From Chromera velia (taxonomy: Eukaryota), in assembly GCA_018398765.1 (NCBI GenBank), contig JAHBMJ010000075.1, positions 1-58,402 on the forward strand: 58,402 nt of DNA, in the 5' to 3' direction. Within the stretch, counting starts at the first letter, position 1. Every line of letters begins with the position of its first letter. Below are positions 39,154 to 51,100 of the stretch, in pieces. The position numbers were made by a program, and so were the translations under genes. The notes beneath the pieces were generated by a model. It was not told where the DNA came from. It worked only from the letters and a program-made list of their open reading frames with translations, and searched no databases.

Positions 39154-42100
39154 TCCCTTCCTCTAGACTCGTCGAGAAGCCTCCCTGAGTAATTTGAACG
39201 AACAGCTGTTGGGATGCCCATCGGTATTCACAAAAAGAGATGAGGACTGGAACGTTTCCCTTTTCACATTTTTGTCTCTTTCTTTCCTCTTCCTCTGGCT
39301 CATGCTTCTTTCTTTCTTTCTCTTCTTCCCGCCTCGACCCCCCAATTCAGGCAGGCAGACTGAATGGGAATGATTACGTGGATCGCCTTCGTTTTTCTCT
39401 GTGTGCAGATACACGCTGACTCCCGTGTTCGCTTTGAATCCCCTCGAGAGTGCAAACTCCTCGCGGATTGAGTTGGAGCAGCATGGCGCGTGTGGGAGTG
39501 GAGATGGGGGGGGAAATGAGAACAGCTGCAGGATGAGGGGGGGGGAGAAAGGGTGGACGGATGTGCCGGTGGTAGATTCTGTTGGGAGGAAAGAGGAGGA
39601 GAGAGATCTGCTTGGAGTCTTGGTGTCAGGCGATTTGGTGAATGGGAAGACCCCCATTGTGGATGTTCCTGTCTCGGCATTGAGAAATGGGTGGGTGGGT
39701 GCGTTGACCGAAGGATTGTTGGAAGGGAAGTGGGTCACTTTCTCGCTTCTCTTTCGTCTGTAAGGTGATTGCGTGATTGCGTTTCATTTTTTCGACTTTT
39801 TATCAGTGTGTTGAGTGGAGAACAGACCCTTGTGGGTGTTGCTTTTTTTCTTTGTTTCTCTGTCTCTTTCTCTCTTTCGTAGTCTACTTTGTTCTGTTCG
39901 GATGTTTCTGTTGGTGGCACTTTGTCATACCATAAGGTGCTCTCTCTGGACACTTGTGTCACGGACTGCTGAGGTGGACAACAAAAAGAAAAGAAAGTGC
40001 ATGCACGACTGAGGGATCGTCTTTTTGTACTCCTCCCCGGCCCTCTTTTTTGAATTACTTTTGTAAGCCAGTCCATCTTCATTTGCCCTCTTTCGAATGG
40101 GTTTGGTTTTCTCTTCTTTCCAGTCTTCAACGCTGTCTTTACCAAACGTTCTCGAGAAGACAGTTTGAGGCTAAAGAGAAACGGTTGCGTTGTCACACAT
40201 CTGTTGGATAAAATCCTTTGTGTCACTAAGATTCGTTTCTCTTCCCGGGTGAGTGAAATGCTTGCAGGTATGCCGGCGTCTTCTACAGAGTTGACAACAG
40301 CGGCAAGGCCAATTCCCCTTTTCTCCTCGCGACCCAATTCATGGAGCAGGTCCGTCAGTGCATTGGTGTCCTGTCTTGCTGCATTGAACGAGCTCCTTTT
40401 TTTTCAGATGGGGACTTTCCTTTGTGTGTCGGTGTGTACGTACGATTCTCTCTCTGTTTTGCTCTGGGGGGTGGGGGGTGAGCGGGTGTAAATGTGTATG
40501 TGGATCTTTGTATTGCTGTGTTTGTGCCTTCGTGCGTACGTGTACACGTGTATGCTTAAATACTTCTATGTGTCTGTTTTTGTGAAGGTGCGTGCGTGCG
40601 TGCCTGCCTGCCTGCCTGCCTGCCTGCCTGCTTTTGAGCGTGTGTGTGCACATATGAATACGTGTCCATGCATGCAGGACGGGTGGATGCGGGTGAGGGA
40701 CCTGGAGGATCACGTTCCCGTCACTCTCCTGGAAGACAGCTGGAGGAGGGGACGGGAGCTCTCCAACAGAAAAGTAGAGCCTTGTTTCCCGAGGGATCCT
40801 AAGTGCTTCCCATTCCTTGTCAGGTGAGTCAAGCGTCAAAGCAGACATAAACCGGGGAAAGGGGCACAGAGGAGAAGAAATCGCGTCGTGCGTTCTTTGC
40901 TGAAGCGAACCCTCAGACGACTTTCCTCCAACCCTCCTCATGTGCCTGGTGACATTCGTTTGCTTTCCCATTCTCTTTTTCCTCGCAGCATAGCCAGTGG
41001 AAAACTCGGGAATCACCACGTGGCTCTTGCTGCGATCGCGACAGATCGGAAGAGAGTCGATGGAGTCTCCGTGCCCGACCCGAGGGGGAGTCCCGCTCTC
41101 TTGGTCAGTTGGTAGGATTTGCTCTCTTGTTCTTGCTGTTTTTCTGCCTGTTTTCTGTTGTTGCTGTCTTTCTTTTTGTCTGTTGTGGTCATGAAGAAGG
41201 ATGGAAAGGAACCATATGGGCTGTCTGTTCGGATGCCTTTTCCGTTTTCTTTTTACTGTCAAGAAGACATAGAGTGTGTTTGGATGCACGGATCTCTCTG
41301 TAGCGTCTCTTCATGACTCTTCGTGACGTCTAGCGCCATCCTGTAGGGTTGATGAGCGAAAAAAAGACTCAAAAGAACAGTGCGTGCGTAGGTGGTGAGG
41401 GAGGGCGTAAATGAAGTATTATTAATGGTTGGTTGATATATGAAAGAATGCATACGTGACTGAATGCAGGTTCGAGGTCTGGTGATGGACAAGCAGCTTG
41501 GAAGAACTCTGAACATGATCAAGATGCTCGTCGCTGGTGGCGTTCTTGTAGACGCCATTGCGGTGCTGGCAGTGATCCTTGCAGTCATTTTGCCTCTGAG
41601 AAGACTCGCAAAAACAGCCGTCAGTTTGAGGTTTCAGCGAAAAAGATCACATCCGATTCGAATATCCAGAATTCTTTCTTCGCGTTTGAATCCGTCCATT
41701 GTGTCCGCAAGCACAGGAAAAGACGACAGACTCTCATTGTTGACATCTTTTGTGAGAGGGGAGTCTAATGAGAGGACCTTGGGGAGGCATGGGGGGGAGC
41801 GAGTGTCATTTTGGGAAGAGCAATGTGCCTTCTTTGACGCTGCCTCGGCTAGGGCGACGGCACTTTTTGTTCTTTGGCCCTTTAGATGAACGCACTGTGA
41901 ATTTCTCTCCCCCCTCTTGCGAAGGCGGCATTGTTCTTCTCTCCTGGCTGCTTTCGTTGTCTTTGCAAATATGCAGGTTCGCTACACAATGCGCCGGCTG
42001 CTGGTCTTGGAAGAAGCGAAAATAGCCAAAAAGGTCAGGCAGACGGACAGGACGGACAGATATCGGCATACACGACTCCTCTTCTATTTTCTTCGCGGGT

Positions 42101-45100
42101 CAACTGTGAATGATTGATCGACTACGGGTACTTTGCGTTCAGATACTTTGTCAGCACCTCTTTCAGCATCCTTGAAACAAAAGGAGAAGTCCCTCACTCA
42201 CAAGCTGACTCACAAGTGCCCCTTTTCTCTCTCATATAGCCTTTTTTAGGGCTTCGCTCACTCACTCACAAGCTCGCTCACAAGTGTTCCCTTTCACACC
42301 TATCTTCAATCCGGCTGCATCGTCTGTTCCTCTGTTTGCCCAGCCGTATTCTTTCTCCTCATTTCCCCCAATGTGACCGCATGTGCATACACGAAAGGCC
42401 CTGACACCGCCGTGATGAAAACGTAGAGAAACACGTCTTTCCTTCCTTCGCCCTGTCCGTTCGTGTGCAGTCTCAACTGATTCGCGTACGCGAGGAACCT
42501 CCTGTGGTAGTGGAGGGGGGCACCCCTTCCATCTCTCCGAAGAACCCCCCCGTGCACGGGGGGGCACGTCGAGAGTCTGCAGATGGAGGTAGGGGCATGG
42601 GGAGGTTGAAGGCAGGAATGAAAGAAACGGGATGCAAGGAGAGAGAAGATACATCCGTCTGCGTTCTGTTCTCTTCAGTGCTTTCGATTTGCCTTCTGAC
42701 CAGCTTCTGTTCAATCCGTCGTCAAGCATGGATGTAGCGTGCTTGTAGGTGTAAACCTCTTCATGCTTGATCCATTATGTGGCTTTTGATTTATTTTGGG
42801 TTCTGGCCCTGAGTTGCACGAGAAGTATGAGACACAGGCTCTGAATATGTGCTCTGACTTCCCCAGTGGTTGTGTTGCTGAATTTGGTCTAGGTGGTTTC
42901 TCCAACGCAGCCAGGGGGGTCCACTTCAAGGACGATAGAGCGTCTATCTCGAGTGCCGGGGGAAAGATGGAAGAGGAGGGAGAGACAGGAAAACACTCAG
43001 GGTTTCAACGAAGTGAAGCTGGTCAGCACAGCCCGGTTCTTCTGTGTCTGTCCTTCCTCTCAGAGACTCCTCTGTGCTATCTCTTTGCGCATTTCACTGC
43101 CTTCTTTTCTTCCGGAAATCTGTCTCATAAGTTTCTTTCTCTTCTCTCTTTTTCGATCACCAGCTCCTCTTCTGCCCGAACGAAGATTTTATTTCGCTCT
43201 CTGTGTCTGCTTGCTGCATTCTTCATTCAGCCTCCATGAGATCCTACGACATGGAGAAGGAGCACCGGAAGGAGTGGCATGAACTTTTCGAGGCCGCACG
43301 CGCATTCAGGTACGTCAGTTTGTCGAAACAAGCACTGAGGCGGGACAGATCAGGTGAAGGGGGTGATGAGAGAATTGGAAGGCTTTGTGAGGGCCGAATT
43401 AGCAGTGAAAGAAACGACACATTAAAGGAGTCCGCAGCAATCAGGGAAGAGAGGGGGGGCCAGGGGCAGGAACGCAGTAGTGACCAAGCAGGATACGAAA
43501 CCGCTGTCTCGCTGCTCTTGTTCGAGGCATCGTCAGGTGTCGGCAGTCTCCGTTCTCATTCCGTTTTTGCTGTTGTCATTGTGCCTTCTCTCCTTCTTTG
43601 CTGAATTCCCATGCAGGTCCCCCTCTTTCTGGAAAGTGGCCTTCGCTGTGCTGATCAATCTGGTGGGACTGGCGGTGCTGTTCATCTCTACTGTCCTCAC
43701 ACACGTCAGTCAGTCAGTCAGTGAGTCAGTGGTTCGGTCACTCTCGAGGCAACGAGAATCAACGGGGGGGGTAGGGGAGGGAAGAGGATTGTTTGACAGG
43801 GAGCTGCTTCTGGAGGACCAGAAGGATTTGAACACCAATCGAAGAAAGAGAGGTCTGAGATTTTTTCTCTTTCACCTCAGACAACTGTCCTTGCAAAATG
43901 TGAAGCGGATCGTCTGACTGATTTTCGGCTGACCGCAACACTGCTTCGTCTGACGAGCTTTCATTCCGCAGAGAAATGTTTGTTGTCACGAGTGGCCGAA
44001 TGACGTACGTGGAGTCTTCATGTGTTTCTCTTCCGGTCATCTCACTCGTTTTGCTCTGTTTTTTTCTCCTTCATTCATTCAAGAATTTGTCTCTCCATCC
44101 TCCCGTTCCTTGCTTCTTATCGTGAGTCGATTGCGTTGCAGATGGTCGAGAACAGGGTCGCCCTTCTGTTGACCAGCAGCGACACCTCCGTGCAGCTTTT
44201 GGCGTATAATTTGAAGATCGATCAGATGGGGTTCGGGTTCAAGGGCGTGGCCAGGCAGACCGACATGAGAGTTCTCGCAGGCCACACTGTCCTGAGGAAT
44301 GAGACAGCCATACTGCCCGAGTTGGATGCGTACAAGAGGGCGAGGGGGGTCCTCTCCAACGAGTTGCAGAATCGGCAAATCGAGATCGCCGCCCTAGTGG
44401 ACGGACGCAATGGCCACGTCCTGGCTGCCCCGACTTTGTGGCAAAATGAATTCTTCATGGAGGTCAGGGGGGAGGGGAGTAGGAGAGATCAGAGGGCGTG
44501 GAAGGGAAAGAGAGAAGGGCAGTCTTTTCGCATCTCTCGATCTGTTTGGATGCATAAGGGAGGGATTATGCATTCCCTTTCACGCTCCACATTCTTGAAC
44601 GTACCAAGCCTAGACAGACGCCAGGAAGGCGGGAAGTAACAACGGAGCGACCGACTGAATGAATAAAAAACGCCTCTCCTGCTCGCAGCTGGACGCTCTT
44701 CTACAGAATCGTTGTAGACTCTCCTTGTTTTTTTTTCTGTTAGTCAGAAATTCTCCTTCCACTGCCGCTCCAAAGCAATTTGCGTGCTTTTCTGTGAAGA
44801 CAGACGGATGAATCCATAGGAGAGAGGGAGAGGGCAGAGAGTGTTTGACAATAGGGTTCGGAAAGCTTCCAGAGGAAGGATCGGGGTGAGACTTGACGGG
44901 AAAGGCAAAAGATCGGCTTCCATTGAGAAGAGAGGTTTCTCCACACGATTCCCTTCTTGCGTGTTGTTTACTTTCAAAGTTATGAATAGACCCCTTCCAA
45001 CGTATGTTCCTGCTCCCTCCCTCCCCCTTCCCTGATGGTGCATTGATGTGGCTGATGAATGCAGAAACTTCCTGATGAGCTCTGTCAAGTGGTTGCGCGT

Positions 45101-48100
45101 GCAAGCGCCAGAAATGCTCAGGTCTGGTGAGAAACAGAGAAGAGTGAGTGTTTCTTTCGTCCGGTTTTGTAGGGTGTCTTTTTTGACTGTCTTTTTGTTT
45201 TTCTGTGTCCCCCTCTGACTGTGTGTTCATTGTGCTCTTCCTCTACCACAACTTTCTGTGCATGTAGTAACACTGAGGTTCTTGCTTCCTTATGAATCTG
45301 CATCCTCTTCTTTCCTCTGTCTCTTGGTTGGGTTTTTCTTTCACGTCTCTCGGTCGTGAGACGGCCCTGTTGGGACTTTTTGTCTTTTTTTTGTTTTGCG
45401 GCGCCTTGCTGCAGGTGAAGGCAACCGTCCGTGTGAGAACGTCGGAATTCATGAGGTTCGGTGCTCCCCGACTTCGACACAAACTGAACCCCGACACACC
45501 TGAGAGCGGAGGGCACCCGCAAGACACAGGGAGCCGGTGGAGCGTCTTCCGAGTTGTGGTCACTCCCGTTGTCCCTCTGGATCCCTCAGGGGATGGGTGG
45601 GCAGACGAGGTAGAGGAGTACACTGACGTACGCCCACAACACAGACGAGAAGGCACACGTCGAAGAATCGAGACGGCATCGGCAGTTCTGCTCTCAGGTC
45701 AGTCGGCCAGACCCCTCCTTGACCTTCATTGCTGTCGTTTTTTTATGAAATTAAAAATTCCAGACATTCCTCTCGGTTTTATGTAAACGCAGGTACGTGT
45801 GAATGCCTGCTTCTACCTTCGTGTCGTCTTGAACATTCATATCTGCGATGCAGCGCATTGACATGGATTGATACCCTCTTTGTGCCATTCTATTAATCGT
45901 TTCGGCGTCGTTCCCTCTTCGAATGGCTTTTGTGTCCCTACCAAGACAACATTGGTTTTGTTTGAATATTTGTTTTGCATGCACGGTTTGTTTGTGATTG
46001 CATGTGCGGTCTGAATTCAGGCGACCTCTTGCAGGGCAAGACGGCCATCAACGAGGCTGCCCTCCAGTCTGTGCACCTGGGCTTTGTCGGGATGTATGGT
46101 CTCGATCTCAGGTGGGTGGGCTCTCTCTTCTGGCTGTCTTTTACCTTCCGTGGATGTATGCAAGCACTGCTTGTACGGGGAAGGGCGCGGGAAGAGGAAC
46201 TTTTGTCGTTGCTTTCTAGTAGCATGTTTTTTGTTGCACACCAATGACACACAATGCATCCATCTCGAGAGAGAGAAGAACGGGAGAGAGACAACCATGT
46301 GCCCGCCCTGAGGTTGCGTGTTTCAACGCGGACCCGCAGACTTTTGATCGGTAAGTGGCTGATCGGACGATGTTTAAACATCTGCCTGCATGCAGAGACG
46401 GTTCCCTCGAGCTCCTCTCCTCTGCCTGGATGCCCATCCCCGAGACTTACTCTTTCGGGAGGATCCTGGGGGTCCTGCAGGTCCTCTGGGATCTGCCCAC
46501 AGCAGCCAGGGAGTACACAGCATCGCAGGTGCATGGGGTGGTCTGGTGGTTTGGGGGAAGAACAAGAAAGAGACAAAAGGAGAAAGGAAGGAAGGAAAGG
46601 CAGAGGGGCTACTGAAGGGAGAAAGTGCGAAAAAAACGTTGTGTCTTCTGTGAAACAGTATCGCTTCTTTCATCTTCTGTGTGTCTCTCCCCTTTGCTCA
46701 TCGATCCTTTGTTGCCAACACATTTTCCTGTCCTTCCTGTCCGGTTATTCTTGCTGTCTTTTATCTCCTCTGAGAGCACCTCTTTAGTTCGCCTTTCAAA
46801 GGAGGGCTTGTTCTTTTTACTTGTTGCGAGGCAGATGTATATTCTTCCTTGCCCGACTGCACGTAACTCCATGAGATGCGATAATCCGGGAAGTGATGCT
46901 GCATGTGTTGGAAGGGCCCGTAGATGATCGCTTGCCTTTCCTTTCCGTCCTCGAGGCACTTTGGTGTGCGGATCTGAACTCACTATTCAAATCTCCGTGC
47001 GTGTGTGTGCTTTGTTCGTATGTCTCCCTCTCTCTGTGTGTGTGTGTGTGTGTGGGTGGGTGGGTGGATGTGTGTGTGTGTGTGCGTGTGTGTGTGTGTG
47101 TGTGTGAATGCAGGCGAAGCATCACGGAGCAAGATCGCTGGTGGTGGATGCGGACGTTGACTCTTCCTCTGATCTGGACCGTCTCTCTGCCTTCTGCCTG
47201 GAAACGGCTCAAGCCAGCGACAATGCAAAGTTCCAGAGAGGAGAGTGGTGGGAGGAGGAGGACAGTGGAGGCAAAGGGATGAATCCTCAGGGACGGTCCA
47301 GGGCGATGCACAACGGGAAGTTGAGAGTGCAGGGACAGGAGAACTTCGTGGCTGTGCACGCAGCACCTCCGCTCTTAGTTGAGGGAGAGGCAGAGAGAGA
47401 CTCCAGAGCTCCCAGTGCAGACTTCCAGGTCGGTCGGTCGCTCGGACCTTCATGGCGCTCTGAAAACCGTCTTAGAGTGTCATCAGTGAGGTCAGAGGAG
47501 ATGGGGATCTCCTTTCTTCTTGAATGAGCGCTGAGATGACAAGAGAAGCAAAGGAGAGAGAAGTAAAAAGAGAAGGAGGAAGGTCTCATCTTCGCCTTCC
47601 TCTTCTTCTGTGCTTCTCTTTCTTTGGGTCTGCTTCGTCCGCCTGGCCTCGAGTCTCTGTGTATATGCGTCTCCGCCCGTCTGTCCTGTGGACCGTGCAG
47701 GGCCGCGTTGCCATCTGCATACATCCAGGTACTTCTTTGTACTTTTGAGAGTCCAAATATGCGTGTACCCCCGTTTTTAATTATCTGCCTCCTCTTGCAG
47801 GTGTTTCTGATCCGGGGCCTCCCTGCGTCTGACATGAGGACGTTGAAGGTTGCTCTGAAGCTTCTCGTCATTCTCGTGATCATTTTGGTCATCGTCATCA
47901 AGGTCGGCAGGCAGGCAGTCAGGGCAGAAGTTTTGTGGGGGCGGGGGGGAAGGGGCAGGGATGAAAGAAAGAGAAACTATCCCGTTCGTCTCAACAGAGT
48001 TGGTGCTGGTTCACCTTCTTCCCCAAGAGAGGGAGGCCCCTTTCCTTCCCCTCACTGCCTGTCTCTCTAGAATCAATCAAGTATCCCTCCCATGCGGCGC

Positions 48101-51100
48101 TGCCTTTGCCCCGGGCCCTCTGGGTAGGCGGCGCCCCAGAAAAAAGATTGGAAAGGAATGAGGTCACGAAGTTGGTCCTTCATTGCTGTTGTGTGGATCC
48201 TTTTTCGTTTCTGTACTGAACGAGAGCATTTTTACGAAGTCGTCCGCATGCAATGTGTTGTTCTCATACAACATATGTATTATCCCCCCTTGCAGGCTCT
48301 GTCCGTTTGGTTTTTTCAAAGATATGTTTTGGGAGACCAGCTCTCTGTGTCGCGACAGCTGGCTGCGTCTCTTCTTGGCATAGAGGTGCGTGGCTGTGTG
48401 ATATTTCTTGCCGAAGAATAATTTTTGTTACAAGGGCATACTTCCAAAGGATTTTCCCTCGATCACGGACACACCAAAAAGCCACACCTGTGCCCATCAG
48501 CTCTTGTGAAAAAAGCTTCTTGCACGTGCGTCCTCTGATTGTAACGACGTTCTTTTTTTCTGTCTGTCTACCTACCTACCTACCTGACTGTCTTTCTTTC
48601 GGTCTTCCGTTTTGCCTCTGCTTCTCTCTTTCTGCCGTTCTTTGTTTTCTGATTCACTGTCCTTCTCTTCCTTGCATGGCCCCAACTTCGTTTTTTGTCC
48701 TTCTCCTTCTTCTTTTCAGTTGGCCGAACTGGACAGATTGGGAGAGGAGAGGGACAAGGACCGACTGCAACGTCTGGCGATGTTGAAGATGAGGGAGCAA
48801 CAGGGCCTCGTGTATGAGCAGATGAAGAATGCGCAGATCAACGAGGAGGAGGTCAGCCTGGGGAGGAATCAAGGAGAGGTTGAAGAAAACGAATCAAGAA
48901 AGAGTTCTCTCTCAGTCCACAAAAGTGTCCCTCTCGATCTTTTTCTCCGTCCCTGTCTCCCCCTCACTTAAATTTCCGAGATGCTCAGGCATTTGCAGGC
49001 TTCCTCAAGTGACTTCAGGCGATGGTTGCTGTGGACGTCTCAAAGGCAGTTCGCTGTTGTGGCTGTTTGTCTGTTGCTCAACTTTCTCCCTCCTGAATTT
49101 CTTTCGTGCAGACGGGCACAGGATCGTATCATTTTGTCCACAACTGCTTCAGACGGGCGATGTTCTTGCACTCCCTTAGGGTGGGTTTGCATGCAGAGCT
49201 CCAAGATCAGAGAGAGAGAGAGAGAGAGAGACAGGAAGGGATAGAGGACTCTGGTGATACCTCTTTTGATGTCTTTCGTTTCTCGGTCAAAGTGGTTCTA
49301 CAAGCGTCTTTTGTTCTTGGACTTCAGCTGTCTCCTTTGTCTGTGCGTCTCTTCGTTTGCAAAGCAGAAAGAGGACAGTCTGTCTGTCTGTCCGTCTGTC
49401 TGTCTCCACCCCCCCCACTGACTTCAGTGCCGGCGTGTCTTTTGTTTGTTTTATAGTTTGGGTTTTGTATTTCTTTTCTTCGCTTTCTACTGTTTATATT
49501 TCTTGTCTTGTGGAAGTGAGAAGTAGCGTGTGACGTCAAGTAATCACGTGAAATCTCATGGGGGGAGCAGACGCAAGGGGCGCTTCAGTCTGTCTCCGTC
49601 GGGCCCCCTTCCGCCTGTCTGATTGTCGGTGCTTTCTTTGACGTTCGAACTGTTTTTGTCGTGTTTTAATTCTGCTTCAAAGGGGAAAAGATGGCAAAAA
49701 GAAAAGAAGAAGTCATATAGTGTGGCTGTCTGTCTGCATGTCGGTCTGCCTGCCTGAGTGTATGTGTGGCGGGAGAGGGGAGAAGGAAAGTGCCGTCTGT
49801 GTGAGAGAATAGAATTGAAAGATGACTCACCGCAGGAGTGTCTGTGTCCCCCCTCCTTTGTCTGTGCAGTTGGAAGCCGAGAAGAAGCGCACTCGGGTCC
49901 TTCTGGAGAGTTTCTCCGAGATCCTCAACGTCTCTGCCTGGGAATGGGATACACGATTTCCTGCATCGATCGGTCTGTTTGTTTTCTGTCAATGGGGCGG
50001 GGGGGGAGTGTAAATGGTTAAACTATCGGTTTCCATCATTAGAAAATACCTCTGGCCGTCTCGTTCGTTGAAAAGTCGTCCGCTTCGCGTGCTCTTTCGT
50101 CACTGAGTGCGGCCGTTGAATTTTGTTGACGTCCTTTTTTCGTGAAACCTCCGACGGTCTTCCCCTCTCCCAACTTTTTGGATTGATGAACAAAGGCTGA
50201 GCAAAACTTCAATGACTGCACATCGATATATCAGCTCTCTTTCCCTTCCTTCAGGCTGCTTTCAAACGAAGGTGATGGCAACTCTGACGGGAGTGGGTCT
50301 GGAGACGAGTGGGACGACGGAGGGAATGGGCGTGTCGGGGGTGAGCGGGGCTCCAGCAGCACTCGGAGAGAGCTCGCCCCCTGTCAGTGGTGCGCCCGGG
50401 GAGAAGGAACACTCGGATGGGAAGGAGAAGATGGAGAGACGGCCTCGCCCTCTTATTCTCGGGGGGGGTGAGTCTGGCGTTGCGAGTTCTGCAGCACCTG
50501 CATCTCGGCCTCTGCAGCGTGCGTCGGCAGGCAGTGTGACGTCGTCCAGACCGGGCGAGAGGGAGGCTGAGAATGAGACGGGGGCGACTGCAGCCGAAGC
50601 TCGACCTTCCTTGCGGCCTGCTGCGTCTGACGGGTCGATGGGTGATCTTAGCTCGGCCTCCCGCAGAAGGAAGGAGGAGGGGCCGTCGTTGGATTTCAGG
50701 GGATTTTGGACTGAGAGGGTGATGGGGGCGTACAGGGGTGATCTGGAAGATGCAATTAATCGGTAGGTGCGTGTACAGGGGTGTTTTCTCTGTGTTTTTC
50801 TTTGCATCAAAATAGCTATTCAGGGTGCAAAGCGCAGGGACATGAAACAGGTGATTGATTTAAATGTCCCTTCATTCGGCCAACTCCTTTGTGTGTTTGC
50901 CTGCCTGCCTTCTTGTATGTCTGTGGGTCTCCCGGCGGATATGCTGCCTTCCTTTCTATCTGTTCTAAAAGAAGTTTGTCGGTCTGTCCGCATGTATTCA
51001 TGTGTATCGATGCACACGAATGTACACGTGTTTGCATGTGTATGTGTATCTGTCCATGCGGGCGCTCGTTTGAGAATGCGATTACGGTTCAGCCTTCGTG

